A stretch of DNA of 64,000 nucleotides from an uncultured Chloroflexia bacterium (lineage in GTDB: Bacteria > Chloroflexota > Limnocylindria > Limnocylindrales > CSP1-4). Numbering within the stretch: the stretch's first letter is position 1; each line of letters starts with the position of its first letter. The stretch is taken from assembly GCA_963705425.1 (NCBI GenBank), contig CAVPJO010000015.1, forward strand, positions 94 to 64,093, written 5' to 3'. A program made the translations under genes and the position numbers. The notes beneath the pieces are model-generated. The model made no database searches and had not been told where the DNA came from. It worked only from the letters and a program-made list of their open reading frames with translations. Below are positions 24,442-36,467 of the stretch, in pieces.

Positions 24442-25312
24442 CTAGCTCTTGCCGGCCTTCGCCATCTCCTCGCCCATGAAGCGGCGGGCCTGGACCGCGA
24501 GGTCCATGCTGTCGTCCCACATGTCACGCCAGATGCGGAGGTGGTCGTGAGGTTGTCGTCGACGACCTTGGAGCTGAAGGACTCGAAGGTGATGACACCG
24601 TCGTAGTCGGCATCGACGAGTGCCTTGAACAGCTCGGGGAAGTTGACGTGGCCCTGGCCCAGGTAGCCGCGGTGGTTCTCACCGATGTGGACGTAGCCCA
24701 GCAGGTCGCCTGCGTCGAAGACCGGGTCGCGGAAGTTGTTCTCCTCGATGTTCATGTGGTACGAGTCGAGGTGAACGACCAGGTTGTCGGAGCCGGTCTC
24801 GCTGATGTACTCGACCGTCTGGGCGCGACGTGTTGAGCAGGTTCGACTCGTAGCGGTTGACGAACTCGAGGCCGACGGTGATGCCTGAGGCCTTGGCCTT
24901 CTCGGCGAGGCGGCGTGATGACCGCCTGCGAGTTGGCGCGGCACTTCGCCGTCGGCATGTCACCGAGTAGGGGCCAAGGGCGCTGAAGATGACGCCGCCG
25001 AGGTAGCTTGCCGCCGATGTCGCGGAGCCATCGACGAGGGCGTCGTTGAGCGTCTGCTCGCCGCGGGCGACGCTGTCGGGGTCCTCGCTGTTGATGTCGT
25101 TGTCGAAGCCGAGACCCAGCGAGCAGGTGACCTCCATGCCGTGGGCCTCGAGCGCCTTGCCGATGGCGGCGATGTCCATCTCCGCCGGTTCGAAGGCCGG
25201 CAGCTCGATGATGTCGTAGCCGGCCTCGCGGAGCTGGAGATGGCGTACTCGCACTGCCTTGGCACCCCAGCTGCCCGACCACACCGAGCCCATGGACTCC
25301 GAACTTGTTCAT
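24442..25312 (-). CDS. Xylose-isomerase-like TIM-barrel sugar isomerase/epimerase; at least 3 frame interruptions
   Basis: MNKFGVHG start. GITVGLEFVNRYESNLLNT, HLDSYHMNIEE, GYVHIGENHRGYLGQG, ITFESFSS, and C-terminal RRFMGEEMAKAGKS with stop at 24442-24444. The ATG overlaps the kinase stop (ATGA at 25309-25312). Confidence 0.8.
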
Positions 25313-26871
25313 GCCTGTGCTCCTTTTCCCCTCTGAGCCTCCGGTGGAGGTCCCCTGACTGCGATGGATGTCCGTGCTAGCCGTTCTGCGTCCAGCAGCA
25401 GCGCCGCGAAGCGCTCCTGCGCCTCGCGCCAGAAGTAGCCCTTGGGCTCGTACGTCTGCATCGGGAACGAGCGCGCGATGAGCTGCGCGCGCCTGCCCCA
25501 GGTCGCTGAGCTCACCGGCCGTGATGGCCTGGATGGCGATGTTGCCGATGGCCGTGGCCTCCACCGGGCCGGCTACGACCTCGCGTTTGCTGGCGTTGGC
25601 AGTCAGCTGGCAGAGCAGCTCGTTCTGCGAGCCGCCGCCGACGATGTGGATCTGGTCGATGTGCTGGCCGGTGACCGCGCTGAGCTGGTCGACGACCCAC
25701 GTGTACTTCAGCGCCAGCGACTCGAAGATGACACGCCACAGCGTGGCCGTCTCGAACGGGCACCGGCTGCCCCGTCTCTTCGCAGTACTCGCGGATGCGC
25801 GTGGGCATGTCACCGGGCCACAGGAAGCGCTGGTCGTCGGGATCGACGAAGGCGGTCCACTGCGGTCCCGACTCTGCCAGCTCGCAGATGTCCTCGTACG
25901 ACGGGCGCACCCTCACCGGGCCACAGCGCCTTGCGGCTCTGCTGCAGCAGCCACAGGCCCATGACGTTCTTGAGCAGCGTGATGGTGCCGCCGTAGCCGC
26001 CCTCGTTGGTGAGGTTGGCCGCCAGCGAGCGCCTCGGTCACGACCGGCTCCGGCACCTCGAGACCGACCAGCGACCAGGTGCCCGACGAGATGTAGGCGG
26101 TCGACGGCCCGGCCAGCGGGATGGCGGCCACGGCCGACGGCGTGTCGTGCGAGGCCCCGGCCACGACCTGGGTGCCCCGGCAGCCCGGTCGCGTCGGCGA
26201 CCTCGTTGAGCAGCTGGCCCAGCACCGTGCCGGGCTGCACGATCTCGGGCAGGAAGTGGGTAGGGATACCCAGTCGGTCGAACAGCGGCCGTGGCCCAGT
26301 CGCGTGGTCCACGGGTCGAGCGTCTGGCCGGTCGTGGCCTCGGTGTACTCGCCACGCTCACACCACTCAGGAAGTGGTTGAAGATGTCCGGCATCATCAG
26401 CAGCTTGTCAGCCTGTTCGAGGATGGGGTCGTCCGCGCGGACCTCGCTGAGCAGCTGGTAGAGCGTGTTGATGGACATGAACTGGATGCCCGTGGCCATG
26501 TAGCAGCTCGTCGCGCGGGACGATCTCGAAGGCTTCCTCGAGCATGCCTTCGTGGCGCGTGTCGCGATAGTGGACGGGGTTGCCGATGAGGCGGCCCCGC
26601 GCGTCGATGTAGGCGTAGTCCACGCCCCAGGTGTCGACCGAGACCGAGTGCGACCGGCGCCGTCGGCGGCGGCGCGCCCCATGCCCGCGAGGATGTCGCC
26701 GAACTGCCGGGGGAAGTCCCAGTAGAACGTGCCGCCCATCCGCACCGGCGTGTTGGCATAGCGATGCACCGGCTCGACGCTCAGCTGGTCGCCGTCGAAG
26801 CGGCCCACGATGGTGCGGCCGCTCTCGGCGCCGAAGTCCAGCGCCACGTATCGAAGCCCACGCTCAGCCAT
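25309..26871 (-). CDS. FGGY-family sugar kinase, rhamnulokinase-like; many frame interruptions
   Basis: N-terminus [35 protein letters not shown]. Later pieces [19 protein letters not shown] and the C-terminal [20 protein letters not shown]. Pieces lie in at least 4 ORF-track frames. Confidence 0.8.
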
Positions 26872-27666
26872 GCTGCGTCACCTTGACCCCTTTCTGCTCA
26901 AGCTCGGCGATCATCGTGTCAGGGGCACCGGTGTCGGTGATGACCGCGGTCAGTCCTTCGGCACGGCAGAAGGTGGCCGAGGCCACTCTTCCCCATTTGC
27001 TGTGATCAACGATGGCGTAGACCTCGCGGACAGCAGCCACCATGGCCCGTTTGATCTGTGCCTCCTCCTCGGTCGTCTCGGTCAGCCCCTCTTCGAGGGT
27101 GAAGCCGGCCGCGCCGACGAATGCCTTCTGCACGTTGACCCGACCCAGCACCGCATCGCCCGAGCTGTCCCACCAGCGAGAGCGAGCGCCCACGCACGCG
27201 GCCGCCCATGAGCAGCACGACGATGTCCGGCCGGACGGCCAGCTCGGAGGCCATGCGGATGCTGTTGGTCACGATGGTAAGGCTCTGACCGGCGCCACGG
27301 TGCATCAGCTCGCGCGCCAGGTACAGGCCGGTCGTGCTGGCGTCGATGAGGATCGACTCACCATCGCCGACCTGCGCGGCTGCCAGCGCGCCGATGGCCG
27401 ACTTCTCCTCGCGCTGCATCTGGTCACGTACGTCGTAGGTGAGGTCCCGTCGCCGCACTCGCGCAGCGATCGCGCCGCCGTGGGTGCGGATGACGCGGCC
27501 CCGATCGGCGAGCACGTCGAGGTCCTTGCGGATGGTGACCGTGGAGACGCTGAAGTGGTCGGCCAGCTCGGCCACGCGGGCACGGCCACGCTCCTCCACG
27601 AAGCGGGCCATCTCCAGCTGGCGTTCGTCGGCGAACGCGCTCGGCCTTCGCGTCTCTCGCCGTCAT
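26864..27666 (-). CDS. DeoR-family transcriptional regulator; about 2 frame interruptions
   Basis: HTH VAELADHFSVSTVTIRKDLDVLADRGRVIRTHGGA and sugar-binding domain ILIDASTTGLYLA, AFVGAAGFTLEEGLT. Pieces lie in frames 27424, 27006 and 26864. Confidence 0.85.
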
Positions 27667-27776
27667 CGGGCGGAACTCATCTCACCGCGCCTCCGTCGAC
27701 GGAACCCTTTCCTCACATGACGGCGACCCGGCACGCAGGCGTGGCTTCCGTGCTTCGATCGTGACCGACTCAGACA

Positions 27777-29128
27777 TCATGTCCCGACCGCCTTGGCAGG
27801 CGCCATACGCCAGTCAGCGCGACGGATCGCGACGGTCGCGGCGAGCCCGACGAGGGCCAGCGCGAACGCTCCGGCAAGCATAGCCGCTCGGACCCCCAGC
27901 ACGTCGGCCAGCCAGCCCGCGAGGATGGCCCCGAACAGGCTCGAACCCTGGAAGGTCATGACCCAGATGCCCATGACCCGACCACGCAACTCGTCGGGTG
28001 TCGCGGTGTGCACCGAGACCAGCGCATTCTGGGCCAGCGTGATCTGCGCGGCGCCGAGCAGGAAGGCGAAGATGAAGACGAGCGTGATCGACTGCGCCAG
28101 CCCCACACCGGCCACCAGCGCAGCCATGGACAACATGCCCAGGACGATCCAGCCAGGGCGCCGGTCACCGTGTGCGAAGGCGTCACCAGTAGCGCCGCGG
28201 TGAGCGCGCCGGCACCCGATGCGCCCAGGAAGGCACCGTAGCCCTCGGCGCCCAGACCCAGCTCCTGCTGGGCGTAGATCGGCGCCAGCGTGGTGAAGGT
28301 GGCCATGCCGAACATGGCCGCGGCCCAGATGCTCACCATCGACAGCCGCACGACGGGGCTGTGCAACACGAACGAGGCACCACCGCGCAGGTCGGACACG
28401 ATCGAGTGCGAGCGATCGGCACGCTGGCGGCCCTTCTCGCGGTAGCGGTCCATCCACAGGAACGAAGCGGCCACCAGTAGCGAGGCCAGCGCGGAGAACG
28501 CGAACGGCGAAGCCGACCCCCAGGCGGCGATCATCAGGCCGGCCACGACCGGCCCCAGCAGACGCGTCGTGTTCCAGGCGGTGGCGTGGAGTGAGGCCGC
28601 GCTGGAGATGTCGGCCCGGGGCACCATCTCGGTCATGAAAGCCTGGCGCATCGGCACCTCGACGGCGATGAGCAGGCCGAAGCCGAACGAGGCGGCCATC
28701 AGCACGGGCAGAGACTGCGATTCGGTGACGACGATCAGGAAGACGACGGCCGAGAGGAACGCCGCGAAGAGCTGAGCGCCGATGAGCACGTTGCGCCGCT
28801 CGACGCGGTCGGCCAGCACACCGCCCATGGGCCCCACGAAGAGCGTGGGCAGGAAGAAGAAGCCGGTCACGATGCCCACCTGGGCGGGGGTCGCGCCGAG
28901 CTCGACGGCCAGCCAGGGGATAGCCACCAGGGGCATCCACATCGAGGCCCCGCGGAAGAGCATGCCCAGGAAGTAGATGCGGAAGCCCGGGTGCCTGAGC
29001 GCGCGGAAGCCATGGAGGCGTCCGCGCTTGGGGGGACTGGGTGTTGGCGGCTGGCCCAGCGGCTGCTCCGTTGACCCGGTCGCGTCCGTCGGCGCCGGTT
29101 CGGCAGGAGAGGCGGGCGTGGTCGTCAT
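27777..29128 (-). CDS. MFS transporter (EntS/enterobactin-exporter-like); one frame interruption near 28175
   Basis: N-terminal 330 aa lie in ORF 27956-29176 (FRIYFLGMLFRGASMWM, GGVLADRVERRNVLI). The C-terminus lies in ORF 27777 (LGAAQITLAQNALVSVHTATPDELRGRVMG). The start is probably MTTTP at 29128. Confidence 0.8.
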
Positions 29129-29221
29129 CGAGTGGTTCCACTGTACGACCGCGAGCCGGTCAGGACACTGGGCCAACCAGCCCCGCCTCGGGGGACTACT
29201 CGCCCGCCGCTACGGCCCGAG

Positions 29222-29265
29222 GCCAACAAGAAGCCCCCGGCGCCGTCGAAGCGGAGCCGGGGGCT
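29222..29265 (-). terminator. Rho-independent-type terminator after the substrate-binding protein gene
   Basis: On the minus strand there is a 10-bp stem AGCCCCCGGC/GCCGGGGGCT (29232-29241 with 29256-29265) followed by TTCTTGTT. It begins 15 nt after the stop at 29280. Confidence 0.65.
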
Positions 29266-29279
29266 GTACGAGCGAAAGG

Positions 29280-30356
29280 TCAGCCGGCGGCTGCCTCGAC
29301 GTTCTCAGGCGTGTACACGGTGAACGGGCCCATCAGGACCCGCAGCGCACCTTCCACGTCCGGCCGGGTGGGGTCGGCCGTGATCTCGAAGACGGTCTCA
29401 CCATTGACCGGGCGACCGATCTCGAAGGTCTCACCCGCGACGCCCTCGAGGGCGCCGGTGGCGAGCAGGTATGAGACGTAGTAAGTCAGGTAGCCGAGGT
29501 CCACGAATGACCACAGCGCGAACTCCGGTCCGCAGCCGTTCATCGTGAAGTCGACCATCTCGCTCGGCAGACCGAGGCCGGAGACCGCGATGTCCTCGCA
29601 GAGGCCCTCGTCCTGCATGGCCTTGGCGGCCGCGGCGATACCCACGGTCGTCGGGGCCATGATGACTTCGAGGTCAGGGTACTTGTCCGCCAGCGCGATG
29701 GCCGCGGCGTAGCTGTCCTCGGACTTGTCGTTGCCGTAGACGGTCTCCACGTTCACGATGCCTTCGTACTTGGCATCGCTGGCGAGGGCGTCCTCGTAGG
29801 CGGCGATCCAGGCGTTCTGGTTCGCAGCATCCGGGGATGCCGACACGATGCCGACCTCGCCACCGTCTCCACCGGTGAGCGAGAGGGCCATGTCAGCCAT
29901 CGTCTTGCCCATGTCGTTGAAGTCGACCTGGGCTACGAAGACCGACTCGCCTTCCGCGGACGGGATGGGCGAGTCCCAGGTCACGACCTTGGTACCGGCT
30001 TCCTGGGCCGCGGCCGCCACCGGCGCGATCTGGTCGCCGGCGTTGTTGGAGAGCATGACCACGTCGAAGCCCTGGGTGGGTGCGTTGGTCACGATCTCGA
30101 TCTGGCCGGCCACGCTGTTGTCAGCGGTGGGGCCAGTGAAGGTCAGCTCGGTCGGGTTGCCCAACTCGGCCGCGGCTTCCATGGCGCCTGCGTTGGCCTG
30201 GTCGAACACGATGATGCCCAGGAACTTGGGCAGCAGCAGCATGTTGACATCCTGGCCGGGCTCTGCCTGGACGGGATCCTGCGCCAGTGCCGGGCCTGAG
30301 ACGGCCGAGACGGTCAGCGCGATAGCCGCCGCCACAGCGAACATCGTCCTTCGCAT
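29280..30356 (-). CDS. Sugar ABC transporter substrate-binding protein
   Basis: Uninterrupted 358 aa. Signal peptide [26 protein letters not shown] and a type I periplasmic binding fold pattern. Confidence 0.85.
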   Translation of the reverse strand: MRRTMFAVAAAIALTVSAVSGPALAQDPVQAEPGQDVNMLLLPKFLGIIVFDQANAGAMEAAAELGNPTELTFTGPTADNSVAGQIEIVTNAPTQGFDVVMLSNNAGDQIAPVAAAAQEAGTKVVTWDSPIPSAEGESVFVAQVDFNDMGKTMADMALSLTGGDGGEVGIVSASPDAANQNAWIAAYEDALASDAKYEGIVNVETVYGNDKSEDSYAAAIALADKYPDLEVIMAPTTVGIAAAAKAMQDEGLCEDIAVSGLGLPSEMVDFTMNGCGPEFALWSFVDLGYLTYYVSYLLATGALEGVAGETFEIGRPVNGETVFEITADPTRPDVEGALRVLMGPFTVYTPENVEAAAG

Positions 30357-30476
30357 GGGCTACTCCTCCTCTGAATCATTTCCTCGGGTTGTTGCCCGAG
30401 TGCTAGGGCCCATCGTACGGCGCGGCCGAAGCGCGCGCCAGTCCCCTGTGCAATCGTTGTCAGCCGAACCCGACGG

Positions 30477-31580
30477 CTAGGGCTCGGGACCTTCGCGAGC
30501 AGCTCGAGCGGCGCGGGCCAGCAAACGCCGGCGCGCCCAGCCCTGGTAGCTCTCGATGAGGTTGGGCAGCAGCACCGAGAGGATGAGGAGCAGACCCACG
30601 ACGCCGGTCTGGGTGTGTCCCGGCACGTTGTTCAGGCCCAGCCCGTTGCGGATGTTGAGCACCAGCATCGTGGACAGGAAGACGCCCAGCATCGTGCCCG
30701 AGCCACCGAAGATGCTGACGCCGCCCAGGAGCACGATGGTGATGATGTCGAGCTCCCAGCCGAACGCCGTGCTCCCGCGGACGGCGCCCAGATGAGATGC
30801 CAGCAGTACACCGGCGATGGCCGCCGTGACGGAGCTGATGACCATGATGGCCATCTTGTGCCGGGCCACACCCACGCCGGAGTAGAGGGCCACGTTCTTG
30901 TTGCTGCCGATGACATACGTGCGCCTGCCGAACCCCGACCTGCCCAGCACCACCGCCGCGAGGATGAGCAGGCCGAAGTACACGAACATGGCGAAGGGCA
31001 TGCGATCGACGAAGGGGATCGCCTCGAGCACGCCGATCAGCTCGCTCACCGGCTGCTGGCCCATGTCCTCGAACCACACCGGGAAGGCCGTCTCCCCGTT
31101 CCCGATGGAGCGGCCCTCGATGAGCATGAAGGCCAGGCCGCGGATACCGATGAGGCCAGCGAGCGTGACCACCAGCGAGGGCAGGCCCACGATGGCTACC
31201 CAGAAGCCGTTGAAGAGGCCCACGCCCAGGCCCGCCAGCAGGGCCAGGATGATGCCCATCTCGATGGGCATCCCCGCCTCCCAGGCGATGGCCACGATGA
31301 CCGAGGAGAGGCCCATCACCGAGGCCACCGACAGGTCGATCTCACCGTTGATGATGACGAAGGCCATGGCCAGCACGACGATGGCCTTCTCGATGCCGAT
31401 CCACCACAGGTTGATCTGGTTCTGGCTGCCCAGGCCACCGAACAGGTAGTTGGGCGCCAGGACCGTGTTGAGCACGATGACCACGACCAGGATGAGCAGC
31501 AGCAGGCCCTCCCAGGAGCGCAGCCGCGAGATGATCCGCTCGGTCAGGGTGGGGGCGCTATCCATCGCCGCCTCCCTCAC
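30477..31580 (-). CDS. Sugar ABC transporter permease
   Basis: Uninterrupted 367 aa, multi-pass hydrophobic, with IINGEIDLSVASVMGL. The start may be the Met at 31565. Confidence 0.85.
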   Translation of the reverse strand: MREAAMDSAPTLTERIISRLRSWEGLLLLILVVVIVLNTVLAPNYLFGGLGSQNQINLWWIGIEKAIVVLAMAFVIINGEIDLSVASVMGLSSVIVAIAWEAGMPIEMGIILALLAGLGVGLFNGFWVAIVGLPSLVVTLAGLIGIRGLAFMLIEGRSIGNGETAFPVWFEDMGQQPVSELIGVLEAIPFVDRMPFAMFVYFGLLILAAVVLGRSGFGRRTYVIGSNKNVALYSGVGVARHKMAIMVISSVTAAIAGVLLASHLGAVRGSTAFGWELDIITIVLLGGVSIFGGSGTMLGVFLSTMLVLNIRNGLGLNNVPGHTQTGVVGLLLILSVLLPNLIESYQGWARRRLLARAARAAREGPEP

Positions 31581-32622
31581 TCACCCCGGGCGGGGCGGCC
31601 CTCGCTTCATCCCGCCGCCGGGCTCGCAGCCAGACCTTCTGCAGGCGCTTGTTGATGACCACGTCGCCGGCCACGGCCAGGAGGATGAGCGCGCCCAGCA
31701 GGAAGTCTCGGGCGAAGTCGCTGATGCCGATCCAGCGAGCCAACGACAGGTCGAGCACCGAGATGAGCACCGCACCCAGCATCACACCGATGGCCGAGCC
31801 CGAGCCGCCGAAGATGTTGGCGCCACCGACCACCACCGCGGCGATGACGGCCATCTCCAGGCCACGCGCGGAGTCGACGGTGATGGTCCCGAACTTGGCC
31901 ATCTGCATCAGGCCACCCAGACCGGCCAGTGCGCCGCAGCCGAGGTAGGCCAGGAAGACGTCGCGTTGCATGGGCAGTCCGACCATGCGTGCCGCATCGG
32001 GATTGGAGCCGATGGCATAGAGTCGCCGGCCGTAGGGCAGGAACGTGAGCAGCGACTGCACCACCGCGACCACCACGAGGGCGATGACGAAGATGAGCCG
32101 GATATCGAGCTTGCCGTACTCGAACAGGGTGGTTCCGGGGAAGTTGACGATCCAGTCGGGCAGCCCGCGCGTCTCGATCGTCTGAGCGTTGGCGACGGTG
32201 ATCAGGAACGAGCGGTAGATGGCCAGTGTGGCCAGCGTGGTGATGATGGCCGGCACACGGCCGTACGAGACGATGAGACCGTTGATGCCGCCCATGACCA
32301 CACCCATGCCCATGGCCATGAGCAGCAGCAGGAGGGGGTGGATGTCAGGCGCCTGGGTCGCGATCCAGCCGGTAGACCAGGCCACCAGCGCTACCTGGGA
32401 GCCGACCGAGAGGTCGAGGTTGCGGGTCAGGACCACCAGCAACTGACCGACTGCGACCACGGCGATGATGGGGAATTCGGTGCTGACGCGGTTGAACGTA
32501 CGGCCGGAGAGGTAGCTGTCGATCTGCGTCGAGAAGAAGACGACGATGCCGATGATGATCAGCAGCGTGATGAGTTCACGGACCTGGCTGGGGCGCAGGC
32601 GTCTCAGCAGCGCGTCGCTCAT
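31558..32622 (-). CDS. Sugar ABC transporter permease
   Basis: Starts [30 protein letters not shown] at 32622 (ATGA overlap with the ATPase stop) and is hydrophobic throughout. The upstream part of ORF 31558-32919 is Arg/His/Pro junk. Confidence 0.85.
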   Translation of the reverse strand: MSDALLRRLRPSQVRELITLLIIIGIVVFFSTQIDSYLSGRTFNRVSTEFPIIAVVAVGQLLVVLTRNLDLSVGSQVALVAWSTGWIATQAPDIHPLLLLLMAMGMGVVMGGINGLIVSYGRVPAIITTLATLAIYRSFLITVANAQTIETRGLPDWIVNFPGTTLFEYGKLDIRLIFVIALVVVAVVQSLLTFLPYGRRLYAIGSNPDAARMVGLPMQRDVFLAYLGCGALAGLGGLMQMAKFGTITVDSARGLEMAVIAAVVVGGANIFGGSGSAIGVMLGAVLISVLDLSLARWIGISDFARDFLLGALILLAVAGDVVINKRLQKVWLRARRRDEARAAPPGVSEGGGDG

Positions 32623-34217
32623 GCGCCCGTCTCCGCGGCGGCGACCGGCACCGGCTCGGCCTGGCCCATGGCCTGCGCCAGGATCTCCTCCTGGGTCGCG
32701 GACGAGCCGTCGACGATGTCCATCTGGCAGCCTTCGCGCATGATCAGGATGCGGTCGCTCATGGGCAACAGCTCGGGCAGATCGGAGCTGATGAGGATGA
32801 TGGCGATGCCTTCCTGGACGAGGTTGTCGATGAGGTGGTGGACCTCGACCTTGGCGCCGACATCGATACCGCGCGTGGGCTCGTCGAGGATGAGGATGCG
32901 CGGCTTGGTGTCGAGCCACTTGCTGAGCACGACCTTCTGCTGGTTGCCACCTGACAGCGACGAGGCCGGGGTCTCCACGGTGGGGGCGCGGATGGAGAGG
33001 CGATCGCGGAAGTCCATGGCCGTGGCCCGCTCCTGCGCCTTGCGGATGAGGCGGTAGCGGCTCAGGTAGCGGTCCAGCGATGGCAGCGTGATGTTCGAGG
33101 CGATGGACTGGTTGAAGATGAGACCCAGGCCGCGTCGGTCCTCGGTGGCATAGGCGATGCTCAGGTCGAGGGCGTCGTGCGAGTTCTTGATGGTGACTTC
33201 CCGACCGTCGAGGGTGATGCGCCCGGTATCGGCCGGATGGATGCCGAAGAGGGCCAGGCCCACATCGGTCCGTCGTGCGCCGACCAGACCGGCGAAGCCC
33301 AGTACCTCCCCCTCGCGCAGATCGAAGGTGATGCCCTCGAAGGCGCCCTCCACGCCCAGGTCTTCGACCTTGAGGATGACCTCGCCCGGCTTCGATTGCA
33401 CGCGCTTGTAGAACTCCACGACCTCGCGGCCGACCATCTGGCGGATGGCCTCGTTGACGGTCATCTCCGACCGTGGGTTGGTGGAGATCCAGGCGCCGTC
33501 GCGCATGACCGTGATGCGGTCGGCCTGCTCGAAGACCTCTTCGAGTCGGTGCGAGATGAAGAGGATGGCCACGCCCTCCGAGCGGAGCTTGTGGATGATG
33601 GCGAATAGCTGCGCCACTTCGTGGGCGGAGAGCGAGGCCGTGGGCTCATCCATGATGAGCACGCGCGTGTTGAGCGAGAGGGCCTTGGCGATCTCGACGG
33701 TCTGCTGCTGGGCCAGGGTCAGCGCAGAGGCCGGGGCCATGACGTCGAGGTGGACGTCGAGGCGCGCCAGCACCTCCGCTGCCTCGGCTCGCATCCTGCG
33801 CCGGTTGACGATCCGGCCGCGGTCACGGTGACCGATGAAGATGTTCTCGGCGACCGTCAGGTCCGGGAAGACCATGGGCTCCTGGTAGATGGCCGCCACC
33901 GCGTAGGTCTGGGCGTCGAAGGCACTGCCGATGTGGACCTTCTGACCGTCGATGAGGATGTCACCGATGTCAGGCTGGACGACACCGGTCATGACCTTGA
34001 TGAGCGTGGACTTGCCGGCGCCGTTCTCACCGAGCAAGGCGTGGATCTCGCCGGGGATCAGGTCGAGCGAGACGTCATCGAGCGCCTGGATCTCGCCGAA
34101 GCGCTTGAACACCCCGCGCATCTCCAGGATCGGCGCGGCGTCCGAGGCCGTCGTGGGCGTCGCCGGAGAGACCGGGGCGGCCGTACTCGGATCGGCCTCG
34201 GTCGTGGCTGCCTCCAC
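32619..34217 (-). CDS. Sugar ABC transporter ATP-binding protein (two ABC domains)
   Basis: Walker [53 protein letters not shown]. Uninterrupted. The start is assigned to the GTG at 34217 (no in-frame ATG before [11 protein letters not shown]) and is uncertain. Confidence 0.85.
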   Translation of the reverse strand: MEAATTEADPSTAAPVSPATPTTASDAAPILEMRGVFKRFGEIQALDDVSLDLIPGEIHALLGENGAGKSTLIKVMTGVVQPDIGDILIDGQKVHIGSAFDAQTYAVAAIYQEPMVFPDLTVAENIFIGHRDRGRIVNRRRMRAEAAEVLARLDVHLDVMAPASALTLAQQQTVEIAKALSLNTRVLIMDEPTASLSAHEVAQLFAIIHKLRSEGVAILFISHRLEEVFEQADRITVMRDGAWISTNPRSEMTVNEAIRQMVGREVVEFYKRVQSKPGEVILKVEDLGVEGAFEGITFDLREGEVLGFAGLVGARRTDVGLALFGIHPADTGRITLDGREVTIKNSHDALDLSIAYATEDRRGLGLIFNQSIASNITLPSLDRYLSRYRLIRKAQERATAMDFRDRLSIRAPTVETPASSLSGGNQQKVVLSKWLDTKPRILILDEPTRGIDVGAKVEVHHLIDNLVQEGIAIILISSDLPELLPMSDRILIMREGCQMDIVDGSSATQEEILAQAMGQAEPVPVAAAETGA

Positions 34218-34443
34218 CTTGTCGTCAGGCTTCGACGCGGTCCCCTTTGGCTGTCTGGCCGTTAGCTGAGAATCCGTATGCAATATAGACGACAGAGGGA
34301 GCCCGCCGCCGGCCTGGAACGGGACCAGCAGGCGCCCACCAGGACGGCGCGCACGCCACGCGGACGTGAGAGTCGGAGTAGCCTGACCGCATCGCGACCA
34401 GACCGCGTATGCCGGCGCATCACACACCGAAAGGACGCCACCG

Positions 34444-35544
34444 ATGAACTCCTACGAGCGTGTCAAGCGAGCCCTGCGCCGCGATGGCCTGCCGGACCGG
34501 GTTCCGCTCGAGTTCGACCTCTCCAGGCCCCTGCTGGAAGCCTTCAGCGAGAAGCTGGGCATGCCCATCGACTGGCAAGCCCACTACTACGAGGACCTCA
34601 AGTACCGCACCTCGGGCAACGATCTGCGGGTGGCCATGGGCAGTGACTGCGTGCTGGTCGGCGGCGGGATCCCGGACGATTGGCTGGTCGAGGAGGCCGA
34701 GGACGGCTCCATCGTCAACGAGTTCGGCATGCACATGAAGATGGGCATCGGCTGGTACGACGTCATCAAGGGCCCCCTCGAGGACTGCACCACGGTGGAG
34801 GAGGTCATGGACCTGCCCTTCCCCGATCCCGACGATGACGCTCGCTACGTGGAAGCCAAGCACTACATCGACAAGTACAAGGGCGAGCACTTCATCATCG
34901 GCACCGTCGAGCTGACGATGTTCGAGATGGCCTGGCACATGACCGGCCTGCAGAAGTTCATGACCGACATGGCCCTCGGTGAGCCCTACATCGAGGCACT
35001 CATCGATCGCACCATGGCCTTCAGCCTGGCTGTCGGCAGGCGGCTCGTGGAGCTGGGAGTCGATGGCATCTGGACCGGGGACGACTTCGGCGCCCAGAAC
35101 GGCATGATGGTCTCGCCGGACATGTGGCGCGACATCTTCAAGCCGCGCATGGCTGAGGTCTTCCGGCAGTTCAAGGCCGTGAACCCGGACGTCATCACGA
35201 TGTACCACTGCGACGGCGCCATCGCCCCCATCCTGCCTGATCTCATCGAGATCGGCCTCGAGGTCTTCAACCCGGTGCAGCCCAACGTGCCCGGCCACGA
35301 GCCCGACGAGCTCAAGGCCCGGTTCGGCGACAGCCTCTCGTTCTGGGGTGGCATCGATCAGCAGTACCTGCTGCCGCGCGGCACGCCCGAGGAGATCGAG
35401 GCTGATGTCAAGGCCAAGATCGAGGCCCTCGGTCTGGGCGGCGGCTACATGGTCGCACCGGCGCACATCCTCCAGGGGGACACGCCGGTGGAGAACGTGG
35501 AGGCCTTCATCGAGGCGGTGCAACGACACGGGGTCTACGCCTGA
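34444..35544 (+). CDS. Uroporphyrinogen-decarboxylase (URO-D) family protein
   Basis: Uninterrupted 366 aa. N-terminus [24 protein letters not shown] and C-terminal [21 protein letters not shown] are typical of URO-D/MtaA-like family members. Confidence 0.75.
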   Translation: MNSYERVKRALRRDGLPDRVPLEFDLSRPLLEAFSEKLGMPIDWQAHYYEDLKYRTSGNDLRVAMGSDCVLVGGGIPDDWLVEEAEDGSIVNEFGMHMKMGIGWYDVIKGPLEDCTTVEEVMDLPFPDPDDDARYVEAKHYIDKYKGEHFIIGTVELTMFEMAWHMTGLQKFMTDMALGEPYIEALIDRTMAFSLAVGRRLVELGVDGIWTGDDFGAQNGMMVSPDMWRDIFKPRMAEVFRQFKAVNPDVITMYHCDGAIAPILPDLIEIGLEVFNPVQPNVPGHEPDELKARFGDSLSFWGGIDQQYLLPRGTPEEIEADVKAKIEALGLGGGYMVAPAHILQGDTPVENVEAFIEAVQRHGVYA

Positions 35545-35589
35545 GCCTGGAGGCCAGCACCGGGGCGAACGCCAGCTAGGGAGGGCCTC

Positions 35590-36459
35590 ATGGCAGCGAT
35601 CCCATTCATCGACACGCATGTCCATTTCTACGACCTGCAGCACCCGCGGTTGGAGTACGGCTGGCTGCGACCGGGCGTGAAGCACCACATCCTCGAGGCG
35701 GTCGAACCCATCTCGGCCCAACGCTACTGGGCCGACGACTGGATGGCCGAGAGCCGCTTCGCCAACGTGGTCAAGTCGATCCACGTGCAGTGCGCCGTGG
35801 GCACGCCCGACCCGGTCGAGGAGACGCGCTGGCTCCAGGCCTTCGCCGACCGCCTGGGTCACCCCCACGGCATCGTCGCCGAGGTGCGCCTGGCGGCCCC
35901 GGACGCGGAGGCCGTCATCGAGCAGCACAAGGCCTTCGCCAACCTGCGCGGGGTGCGCGATTTCGGCGAGGGTGACTACGAGCTGGACCCGGCCTGGCGG
36001 CGAGGCTTCGGGCGCCTTCGGGAACACGACCTGGTGGCCTGCATCGACTCGCGACCCGAACGCTATGCCCAGGTCAAGGACCTGGCCATGGCCTTCCCCG
36101 ATACGCTCATCTCGCTCGATCACGCGGGATTGCCGCTACACCGTGACGACGAGTACCTGGCCCTCTGGCGGCGAGAGCTGACCAGCCTCGCGGAGGCGCC
36201 CAACGTCATCGTCAAGGTCTCCGCGCTGGGCATGGGCGACCCCCGCTGGACGGTGGACTCGATGCGGCCACTGGTGCTCCACTGCCTCGAGTCGTTCGGC
36301 GTCGAGCGCACGGTCTTCGGCACCAACTGGCCGGTCGACCGCCTGTTCTCCTCCTACCCCGATGTCATCGACGCCTATGCCCAGATCATCTCGGAGCTGA
36401 CGCCTGCCGAGCAGACCGCCCTGTTCAGCGGCAACGCCGAACGGATCTTCCGCATCTAG
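35590..36459 (+). CDS. Amidohydrolase-2 family protein (sugar lactonase-like)
   Basis: Uninterrupted 289 aa with IDTHVHFYD (metal-binding HxH), LDHAGLP and FGTNWPVD. Confidence 0.8.
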   Translation: MAAIPFIDTHVHFYDLQHPRLEYGWLRPGVKHHILEAVEPISAQRYWADDWMAESRFANVVKSIHVQCAVGTPDPVEETRWLQAFADRLGHPHGIVAEVRLAAPDAEAVIEQHKAFANLRGVRDFGEGDYELDPAWRRGFGRLREHDLVACIDSRPERYAQVKDLAMAFPDTLISLDHAGLPLHRDDEYLALWRRELTSLAEAPNVIVKVSALGMGDPRWTVDSMRPLVLHCLESFGVERTVFGTNWPVDRLFSSYPDVIDAYAQIISELTPAEQTALFSGNAERIFRI

Positions 36460-36467
36460 GGAGCACC

